This document shows, in pieces, positions 48,480 through 58,367 of a stretch of 64,000 nt of DNA. The DNA is from Camelus ferus (Eukaryota). The position numbers and the translations under genes are program-made. The DNA lies in assembly GCF_009834535.1 (NCBI RefSeq), contig NC_045708.1:62001-126000 (forward strand), in the 5' to 3' direction. The notes below the pieces were generated by a model, which searched no databases, had not been told where the DNA came from, and was given only the letters and a program-made list of their open reading frames with translations. Every line of letters begins with the position of its first letter. Within the stretch, counting starts at the first letter, position 1.

Positions 48480-49250
48480 GTCCCTGGGCACCCACTGCAT
48501 CATTTTCCAGTGGGTGGAGATTTGAGTGGTTTCCCTACTGCAGCTATTACAAAGAGTGATGCTATGAACATTCTGGAACATTTCTTTTCGTGGTTTTGGA
48601 GAGTCGTGGTGTTTTGTCCAGCTCTGGAGGACACTGCCCAGAGGTTTTCCAGAATGGTTGTCACTGGCCCCAAGTGCAGGACACAGTTGGTCATTCTGTG
48701 TGCTCCGTGTCCACGGCCACACCCTCGACTCACCCAGTGGTGCTGCACTGTAGTTGCAATTCAGTTTCCTTAATGCTGAAGTTATTGGCCTCTGGCCCCT
48801 TCTTTTGTGATGATGTATGTCTCTTCAGTGCTTCTGCCACTTTTCTATGCCTTTTTCATATTGATTTTTAGGGGTTTGTTACCCCTTATGGGTAAGAATT
48901 TTTTTGAATGTTTGTGTTCTGAATACCTACCCCCTGTTCATCTCGCCTTTCCACTCTCTTAACAGTGCCATCTGATGAACAAAAGTTTTAAATTCCAACA
49001 TAGTCCAAGTTGTCAACCATTTCTTTTCTCTTTATCACTGGTTCTCTCCTTTTACAGAGCTCTTTGCCTGCCCCAAAGTCATGAAGGTTTCACAATATCC
49101 TTGCATGTTTTTAAAGCTTCATTTTAATTTTCTCACTGGGACTGCAACCCACATGGTATTGATTTTCACGGATGGTGGGGGATGAGGGTCCTGACACACT
49201 TTTCTGTTTCCATGTGGCCACCCAGTTGGCTCAGGTGGTCCACGTGTGTG
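48480..49250 (-). mobile_element. Old L1M (MC/ME-like) 3'-region fragment
   Basis: gctattacaaagagtgatgctatgaacattct, ttttccagaatggttgt and tctgatgaacaaaagttttaaatt are typical antisense L1 3' words; T-rich. Confidence 0.7.
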
Positions 49251-49479
49251 TCTGTCTACATGGACGCAGCTGCGGAGCTCCCCCATGGACTCCTCCCAAG
49301 AGGAGGTTTGGATGGTTTGGGACAGGGGCTTTGCAACAGTTGCCATGGGTGCCCTGGGAGAAGGGGGTACAGGGTCGGTGGGGAGGCTGTGTGGAGGGCA
49401 CAGGTGGACCTGGTTTCTTTGGAAGACCAGCTGTCGCTGAGGTTACCCGAGGCGTCCCGTCCCTCCATTCCCACCCCAA

Positions 49480-50150
49480 TCATGGGCCTCCTCGTGGGGA
49501 GGGCTCTAGAGCGCACGGGCACCTGCGCGTTTCTGACCCAGCTCCGCGACCCGCGAGCGGTGGGGACGGATGGATGGGCAGAGGAGTCGCGGGAGAGTGG
49601 GGTCGCTGGGCAGGCGGCCTGAAGTACCTCTGAGCGCCACCGGAGGGCGCGCGGGCTCCACCGGAAGTCGGCAGAGCGGGCGGCGCCCCAGCCCTGGTCT
49701 GGGCGGCGCTTTAGGGGACGCCAGGCTCCCTGCTGACGCCCTGTAGCCCACTAGGAGCCCTTGACCTTCGCTTGGCAGGGTAACCACGTTTGCCACTGGT
49801 CGACTTCTGAAGGTGGGAGGCCTCAGAGCCACATGGGCAGCACGACGATGAGGAAGGGAAGCGATGAGCTTCTGCTTCTGCGGCGGAGACCAGAGAATAA
49901 ACTGCGCGTATTTATAGAGTGTGAAGTGTTGACACGTGTGCACACCCGGGAAGCCATCGCGACCCTCCCGAGAGTGAACGTGCCCGCCGCCCTAAGGGTG
50001 TCTGCGCCCTTGGAGACGCTTCCCTCTCTCCCCGCTGCCCCAGCCCCCGCGCGGCTGTCACAGGCAGCGCCGTCCAGGACTTCACGTAAATGGGGTCAGA
50101 CAGTACACACTCGTCGGTGGGGTACAGATGAGTGCGGTGTGTCTGGCTTC
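49480..50150. promoter_or_regulatory. Orphan CpG island with CTCF-like and ETS motifs between PERM1 and HES4
   Basis: High CpG density; gcgccaccggagggcgcgc at 49634-49652; ccggaagt at 49661-49668; tgacctt at 49762-49768. Confidence 0.65.
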
Positions 50151-51150
50151 GGTCCCTGAACATAATTATTTTGAGATTCATGCCTGCTGTTGTGTATACC
50201 AATAGTCCTTTTTATTGCTAATAAGGAGTGTTGCACTGTTGGCTATGTCGAGGTTTATCCGTTCAGCTGTTGATGGAGATTTAGGGTATTGCATATAAAG
50301 CTGCTATGAACATTTGTGTTTAAGTCTTTGTGTGGACCTACGCTTGCATTTCTCTTGGGTAAATACTTCCGGTGGAATGGCTAAGCCATATGATAGGCAT
50401 GTGTTTAACCTTATAAGAAACTGCCAAACTGTTTTCCAATGTGGTAACCACTTTTCATCCCCACCAGGAGCACATGAGAGTTCCAGTCGCTCCACATCCT
50501 CACCAGGACTAGGTCTGGTCAGGCTTTTTGACTTTACCATTCTAGTGGATGGTTAGTGGTGTCTCCTTGTGGGTTTAATTTGAATTTCCTCAAAAACTAA
50601 TGTTGAGCATCTTTTCGTGTGTTTAAATGCATCCATATATCTTCTTTCACGAAATGACTGATCAAATCTCTTGCCCGTTTTCTTAATTCGGGTATCTGCT
50701 TTCTTACTGCTGAGTCTTAAGAGTTCTTCATGTGTTCTGTATATAGGTTGTTCATCAGACACATGATATGAAACCATTTTCTCCTAGTCTGGCTCATCCT
50801 TTCATTTTCTTATCAATGTCTTTTGAAGAGCAGTTCTTAATTTTGATGAATTCCAATTTATCCATTTTTGTTTCATGGATTGTTCTTTTGGTTGTATCCA
50901 AGAAATCTTTGCCTAACCAAAGGTCACAAAGATTTTCTAAGTTTTCTCCAATAAAGTTTTATAGTTTTGTGTTTTGCATTTAGGTCTACAACCCATTTTT
51001 GAGTTACTTTGTGTATGTGGGTCAAGATATGGTTCTAGTTTATTTTATTTGTCTATGGATATCTAATTGTACACGTACCATTTGTTGAAAAGACTCTCCT
51101 TTCTCCACCGAATTGTCTTAGCACCTTTGCTGAAAGTCAACTGACCGTAT
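49880..51150 (-). mobile_element. L1MB-like LINE 3' end
   Basis: cataattattttgagattcatg, aaagctgctatgaacatttgtg, tttctcttgggtaaatac, aagaaactgccaaactgttttcca and tttgcctaaccaaaggtcacaaagattttct match recalled antisense L1MB 3' sequence. Confidence 0.85.
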
Positions 51151-51800
51151 AGTCATGGGAGGTTCTATTTCTGGAATTTTTTGTATCTTTAGTATCTCCA
51201 ACACATTCATTCTTTCCTCAAGCTCCTTGAACATGTAAAGTGCAGCTATAAAAACTGTTTTAATGTCCTTGCCTATGAATTCTGTCATCTGTGACATTTC
51301 CGGGTTGCTTTCAATTGACTGACCTTTCTCCTTATTATGGGTCATGTTTTCCCGCTTCTCTGTGTGCCTGGTTTTTACTGGATGCCAAGCGCTATGAATC
51401 CTAATGTGTTGGGTGCTGGATGTTTTTGTGCTTCTGTAAATACTCTTGAGCTCTGTTCTGGTGCAGGTGAGTTACTTGGAAGCACTTTGATCCTTTTAGG
51501 TCTTGTTTATGAACTTTGTCAGGCAGGCCTAGAGCAGTGCTTAACCGACAGCTGATCATTCCCCACTGTTGGACAAGACCCTCTGAGCACTCTGCCCTGT
51601 GAGCTGTGGGGTCTTCCAGTCTGGCTAGTGGAGACTGGAACAGTGTCTGACCCTGTGTAAGCTCAGGGACTGCCGTCTGATCCTTCTGGGTGGTCCTCTC
51701 CCTGGCCTGGAGGGACCCAGCTGTGTGTGCCTATGCGGCAGGGAGGACCCCATGGACAAGGAGCATCAGCCCAGACACCCGAGACTTCAGTTCTGTCCCC
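51150..51800 (-). mobile_element. L1M 5'/ORF1-region fragment
   Basis: Track ORF 51118-51345 (-) MTHNKEKGQSIESNPEMSQMTEFIGKDIKTVFIAALYMFKELEERM resembles the N-terminus of old L1M ORF1 (QSIETDPEMTQMLELADKDFKTAIINMFKELKE). Confidence 0.65.
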
Positions 51801-51884
51801 AGGAGGGCAGACCTTTGTCCTAGTGATTTCTGGAATGTCAGTGGCTAGCAGCCTCCAGCCTCCATCCTGCTTGGAAATATCAGG

Positions 51885-52180
51885 GCCAGGTGTCCTAGTC
51901 AGCCAGGCTGCTCTGACAGGACATTTCACAGATAGAAACGTACTCCTCGTGGACCTGGAGGCTGGGTGCCAGCACAGGGTTGGGGGCTCCTGTGAGGACC
52001 TCCTCCAGGAGAAAAGGCTCCCTTCTGGGTCCTCGTGTGGCAGACAGAGTGAGCACAAGCTCTCCCCTCTTGTCCCTCTGTAAGGGCACTAATCCCATTC
52101 CATGGCCTCATCCCCTCCCGAGGTCCCACCTGATAATGCCACCACTTTAGGGTGTAGGTTTCAACATATGAATTGAGAGC
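51885..52180 (-). mobile_element. MLT1A-like MaLR solo LTR
   Basis: taagggcactaatcccatt...tcccacct...ataatgccaccactttagggtgtaggtttcaacatatgaatt is the characteristic antisense MLT1A end. Confidence 0.75.
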
Positions 52181-53439
52181 GGGGTGAGGGTAGGGGTGGG
52201 GGGGTCAGTGGTAGGACAGAAACATTCCGTCCAGAGGACCTGGTCTCTGCTCTGGAAAAGTCCAACCAAAGATTTGGGGCTCCAAGTAGACAGATTGGTT
52301 AGCTCAGTCCTGGGATGTTACCCTCACCTCTTAATTCAACAAAGCCAGTTCCTAGGGATACAGAGAGAAGGAAATCCCCTGCACATGAAGCCAGATGAAG
52401 CCCTGTCCCACCTGGCCTTTCATCCAGAGCCAGCCTCCTGATGCAGGGAGAGGAAGAAGCTTGGCCAGGTCTTGCCGAACACTCCTGACCCTAGGCTGGC
52501 AAGGAGAGCCCAAGACCAGGGTCCCACAGGGCCTGGGGCCTTGAGAGGCCATGAGAAGGGAGGGTCAGGAGCTGGGGGTGCTGCACCTGGAGCCCGGCCA
52601 GGCCCTGGCCCCTAGGTGTGCCTGTTCAGCCCAGACTGTGGCCAGCTCATATGTTGAGGGGTGGACACGAGGGCCAGAAGAGGACAGTGTTGCTTCCCCA
52701 TACCCGGGGCTGCTGAGCCCTACCCCACTGTGCTGGACGGGGCAAGGAGTGCTGGGGGAACCCCGGGTGAGGGGAGGGGTGCAGCTGGGGGCCCACTCAT
52801 GGGTAAAGATGAGGAGGCAGGAAGTGGGAGGGTCCTCAGATGAGTGCAGCTCCCTTGCTGTGGGTGAGGTTGGGGATTGATGAGGGCCAAGCATAGGGCT
52901 TCAAACTTCCAGCCCTGACCTACCTTTCACTGAGCCCCGCCTCCCTACACAGACATGGGGGTTCCTCGCTTGCAGTGGGAGCCCAGGAGGAGAGCCTAAA
53001 GCCACCAGGTGGGTGTCCAGGTCAGGCAGGCCACCAGGAAGAGACACTTTTAAGGCAATAGCCATCAGTTGCTGTGGATGGCAGGGCCAGCTGAGGCCAG
53101 GCCACCCTGGGCAGTGGGCACTGGGGGTCTCAGCAAGGAGCATCTCCCACACCTGTCCTTGTTTGAAGTCTGGGGCCTGTGAATCCCAACCCCATGCTGT
53201 GATCCAGGGTGCCCTGTCAGTTACCGAAACAGAAATGGCCCCAGCCATCCCCAGGAGCCACAGGGGTAGGCCTGGGCTGTGGCTGGTCAGCCCCTCCTGT
53301 CCCTGCACCCCCAGCTGGGGCCCACTGGGAAACTGCTTCCAGGAAGTTAGGCCAACCCACTGTGCTCATCACCATGGCTCTCACAGCCTCGTCACATGGT
53401 GGTGGTCCTAGGTGATGGGCACATGAATTGTTTGTTTAT

Positions 53440-53900
53440 TGCTATTGTTACTAATACTTATTTTAACTTTTACATAAAACTTATTCATAGCTGCACAACA
53501 AGTTAACCTAAGATTTAGCAGTTTAAAACAACAAATATTTATTATCTCATGCAGTTTCTGAGGGCTAGGAGTCCAGGAGCTGCTTAGCTGGGTGGTTCTA
53601 GCTCAGGGCCTCTCACGAGGTTGCAGTCGAGATGTTGGCAGCAAGCTGGGGTCTCACCTGAAGGCTCAACGGGGCTGGAGGACCTGCTTCTCAGCTCCAC
53701 ACTCTGCTGGCCTCTCCACAGCAGAGGACAGCTGGCCTCCCCTAGAGTGACAGATGTGACCGGCAGAGAGGGCCAGACCAGGATGTCCCTGCAGCCTCAT
53801 CTTCTGCAGGACCCTACTGGTCACAGGGCCAGCCTCCATACATGCGTTCACAAGGCTGAACACCAGAAGGGGGGTCTTGGGAGCCTTCCAGGAGGCCGTC
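53440..53900 (-). mobile_element. MLT1 (F/H/J-type) MaLR solo LTR
   Basis: ttaaaacaacaaatatttattatctcatgcagtttctgaggg...cttagctgggtggttctagctcagggcctctcacgaggttgcagtc matches antisense MLT1. Confidence 0.75.
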
Positions 53901-56900
53901 AGTCTTGGGGCCTGCTTCCTTGCCCGTGGGTGCATCCCAAGCTGGGAACGTTCCCCAGGGCGCCACGGAGCAGAGAGCGCCCAGGTACAGCTGCAGAACC
54001 CTTTGGGCTTAGCTTCCTCCTCAGGGAACTGGAGCAGGTCCTGAAGCCAGGGCATGCCAGGGCGGGCCCAGGGAGGGGAGAGGCTGCTGGGGCCTGGAGA
54101 TAATCAGGAGAACACAGGAGCTCTGCTGGGGGAGCTAAGGCCTCACCTCTCACAAGCCAGGGCTTCAGGCAGCCTCAGCCCCTCCCCCAACCCAAATTCC
54201 CAAGTGGCTGGAGTTTCACAGGCCTGGCCAGACCGACTTCTGTCACCATGGGGACCAATTCTTTCTCCACATTTCAAGCCCGTATGATTTGCTGTCATTG
54301 TCTGGTCCCCAGACCCTGAGACCCCACAGGCAAGACAGAGGAACCCAGACTCACAGGGCTCCAAAGGGCTGAGCCACCCACAGGGGCAGGCAGATCACCT
54401 GACCGTGCATATTAATTCAGCAAACATTTATTGACCCTTGGTCCCCCGCCAGGAACTGGGCTGGAAGGAGGCCACAGATGAATGAGGCTCTGCCTGCCCC
54501 CAGAAGGGAAATGGCCTTCTCACCCTCGCCCTAGGAGGGGGAAGTCCTGACTCCTCCCCCTCCACACGTTGGCCAGGAGAAGGTGCCTCCTTATTATTCA
54601 GGGGGAAAGGTCTGCAAGACAAAAGCCAAGACAAAAATAGCTGGGGGGGGGGGGTAGTGTTCAGAGGAATTACCCAGTACCCCCTGCGGAAGAGGAGGGA
54701 GCAGAAAATGGGTGGAAGATGGGGAGGGTGGGAGGGAGGAAGAGTCCCCTTCTCCTAGGACTGGGCAGGTGTGGCGGGCATGGCTCCTTCCGCAGCTGGA
54801 GGAGCAGCCTAGGGAGGGGGGCCCAAGACAGCCCCTCTGGCGCCTCCCTGTCCTGCCCTCTGCCCTCACCCCAGGGGCCCAGCCTCAGCCTGGGCTGGGC
54901 CTCCTCCGACCTCCCGAGTCCTGTCAAGGACCACACCATCTTCAAACCAGCTGGCTCCTCTTTCATCCAAGCTAATTAACTAGGTCTGTAAGGCCAGAGC
55001 TTCATTCCAAGCAAGTACCAGCCGGGAGTGAGTGACACAGACATGGCCCTGGCCTCCTGAGCTCTCAGACCCTGGGGTGGCTGCCTCAGGCGGGAAAGTG
55101 GGGAGAGAATCCCAGGGGTCTGCTTACACAGGAAGAGACAGGGAGGAGCCTCCCTATCAGGAAAAGAGTGGTTCCCTCAGAGCCTGAGAAGGCCCTGGGA
55201 GGCTGACAGGGTCCTCAGAGCAATGATGCTCTTGGCAACAGCCTCTTGAGAACAGAGTACCAGGAACAGGAAGTACAGGAAGCCAAGGGGGCCCAGCACC
55301 AGGACAGGGGTCGGGTCTAGAGCTGGCACCGCCCTCCCTCTGCCTGGAGGAGGTGGTGTGGAGACCCAGCTTCCAGGTGATCTTCCCAAGCAGCCCTTCT
55401 CTCTCTGGCCGCACAGCAGGGGCGTTCCCTCTTACTCCAGCAGGAGGTGTGGAGTCCAGCTCTGGGCTCGTCCTGACCACCCCACCCCACCCCGCAAACC
55501 CACCTGCCTTCATATCTCAAAGCCCCCGGCCTTCCCCTCCTGCACTGAGACACCCCCTGAGCAGCTCCCTCCCCTAAACAAGCTGAGCTCCCAGCTTCTG
55601 AAACGGACCCCCTGCAAGTCTCCAGCTAGAGAGGGCCTCTGGGGCAGGTTTGCAGCAACTCCCTCACAGTCCTACTGGTGACCTCGCTCTTTCTCTGAGC
55701 CTCCCAAGGGCCTGGACTGCTGAGTCAGTGTATGTCCAAGGGTGCAACACATGACCCACATAGCTGCCACTGTCCAGGACCACTGGCTCAGGCCCTGGAC
55801 ACTCAGGGAGATGGGCCAGGCAGGCGGAGAGCAGGGGGTGACCAGCTTGGTGGAGCCTTGGAGGGCCCTGCCAGACGTGCATGACTGAGTCCAGGAAAGC
55901 AGGTGAAACTTGCCCAAGACACAAACCTGGGAGCTTCTGGAGCCACTGGAAGAGGGGCAGACCAGCCTCTGGCCGTGACTCACCCTGTTCCTCCTTGATG
56001 ATCCCTGGCCAGGCAAGCAAACACCTGATGAACCTGGCTGTGGTTGGGAAACAGATCTTGCCTCAGCCTCAGGAGGGCTCAGGATGAGACACTGCAGTCT
56101 CAGCTGTGTGACTCAGACCACTCCCTCATCACACCTGGAGCACAGCCCCCAGCAAGATCCTAGGGAGACCTGGGGCCATAGGACAGTGACTCCCAGGCCA
56201 CTGTCCAACGAGGCCTAGTATCATTGCATTGTAGGGCCAACATACAGCTGGTGCTCAGGACGGATGCATAGCAAGACAGCACCCCCGTCCCTTCCTGCCA
56301 TAGGGGGACCTCCTCTCCCAGGGCAGAACAGGGCACACAGCAGGACTGGACTCTGGCGGGAGAGAAGCCCTAGCACTAAGTACCCTTTGTCATGCTGGCC
56401 CCAGTTCCCTGCCCCTGGGACTCAGATGCCCTCTCCTGGGCAGACACTGGCCTGGGGCAGGCTCAATCCACGGGTGGGCACAGACAACTCTGAACTCAAG
56501 CATGAGATGGCAGGAGGTGGACCAGGCCAGCACCGAAGCTTCAGGCACAGTCCCATCCCTCACCACAGGTCAGCACTGAGACAACAGTGGGGAGATATAT
56601 GTCGCCACCTTCCAGAGTCCCCAGGAGTGGGAGTGGGGAAAGCTACTTTAAAAAAGGGACAACAACAACAAAAAAAGCCCAGTTATGATGCACGACTACT
56701 TCCAAACACTGGAAGACATTCTGGGAAAAGTGATGACTGTCACCTTCCTGCCTGAGCCCCCCCGAAGGACCTCTCACACACACCCAGCTCCCCACTTCCA
56801 GGCGGGTCGCTGCTCCAGCAAGGACAGATACAGGCAAACGCAACGCCGGGACGAACCCCGACGCCGCCGCATGCCTGCCAGGCACAGGTGGGAGCAGAAG

Positions 56901-57096
56901 GGCGGGGCGCGGGGGTGCCGCATGGGGAAGGGCAGCCCTCCCCACCAGCGCAAAGACAACAGCTAACCCCGGCCGCTGGGCCTCTGGATCCCTCACCAGA
57001 GACAACAAAACAAAACTCTCGACGCGGTCCCTGGAAATAAGTATCTTCCTGGTACAGTCTCAGCAAAGGCCGCCGCTACAGTCCAGGACCGGGGCC

Positions 57097-58052
57097 TCAC
57101 CGTAGCCACGGTCTCCAGGGGGCGCTCTGGCCCTGCGGCCCGGCCCCGGGGCCCGCGAGGGGCGCCCCAGTCCGGCCCCGCCGGAACGGCAGTGCGAAGG
57201 CAGCCTCGGGGCGCAGCAGGGGAAAGGGGCTGTCGAACGCCGGCAGCGGCGGGCGGCCTGCGTGGACCTCGGGCGCCGGGGCTTCTACCGCGGAGGACGG
57301 TGGAACCGAGAGGCGCGAGGGCCCGAGCTGGCCCAGGCAGGCCGCCAGATGGCCGAGCAGGCGAGAACGCACGTCGGTCGGGACGCCCTCGCAGCCGGCC
57401 AGGAAGCGATTCACCTCAGCCAGACACTCGCTAAAGCCGGCTCGGTACTTGCCCAAGACGGCGGGGTCGGCGCTGAGGGCAGCTGCGGAGGTGGCAGGGG
57501 ACAGGCGGTCAGTGCTCGTGGCGGTGGTCCCGCGCCCGCTACCCCTCGCCACTGCCGCCTGAGCCTCACCTGTCATCTGCACGCGCCGCAGGCTCTGCAG
57601 GTGCCTCACGGTCATCTCCAGGATGTCTGCCTTCTCCAGCTTCGAGTGGCGAGAGCTCTGGGGGCAGGGCCGGTGTGGGCGGCTTGCCGCCCAGGAGTGC
57701 CCAGATTCCAGGCTCCGCGCCTCAGCCCCGCGATCTCACCCCCCGCCCCCGACTCACATCTTTCCTGAGGGCGTCCAGGATGAGAGTCTTGAGCTGAGCG
57801 AGGCTCTCGTTGATGCGCGCTCGCCGCCGCTTCTCCATGACCGGCTTGGAGGACTGCGGGTCCGGCAGTGGCTGAGTCCCGCGTCCGTCAGTCTCCCTCT
57901 CCCCGCTCCCACTTCTGCCAACCCACGCCCGGCCAGGTCCCCACCTTTCGGTGCTCGGCCGCGCTCCAGGGCTTGTTTGGGGTTCGGCAGGCGCTGGCCG
58001 GAGCTCCCGCCAGCGGCGAGGCTCTGGACTTCCCCGGGATGTCGGCGGGCAT
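57097..58052 (-). CDS. HES4: Transcription factor HES-4 (bHLH-Orange-WRPW), 225 aa
   Basis: Exons 57945-58052, 57758-57853, 57570-57657, 57097-57482; sum 678 nt. b[55 protein letters not shown], Orange [16 protein letters not shown], end WRPWLR. The end sequence and synteny identify HES4 rather than HES1. Confidence 0.97.
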
Positions 58053-58188
58053 GGTGCGCCCACGCGCCTCCCGGTGACCGGCGAAGCGCGCCGCCAGGGG
58101 CCGATCGCGGGCTAAGACGAGGCTTCCCAAGTCCTTCTCTAGAGGATCCTAGGCTCCTGGACCGAACGCGCGTCGCCAGCCGCCCGGC

Positions 58189-58367
58189 TATTTAAGGCAG
58201 GGCCGCCACGGGGTGTGTGAACCCCGCTCGGCATTCTTTCCCACACTCGCGCCAGCCAATGAGCCGCTGCGCTCCTTCCTCACTCCCCCCACCCCGAGCG
58301 GGGCAGACCTCCCCCGGCCGCCGACCCTGCCAACTGTCAGTCACGCGTCCGCTCCCAGCCCACCAAT
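58189..58367 (-). promoter_or_regulatory. HES4 proximal promoter: TATA-like box, RBPJ/CSL paired site (SPS), two CCAAT boxes
   Basis: TTAAATA (minus) at 58189-58195; head-to-head gtgtgaa 58215-58221 and ttcccac 58238-58244 with a 16-bp spacer; ccaat at 58256-58260 and 58363-58367; class-C site cacgcg at 58342-58347. Confidence 0.85.

Noticed and set aside
57888-58130. N-terminally extended HES4 ORF in the track
   Set aside because: Starts at TTG rather than ATG, and runs into intron 1 to a stop.
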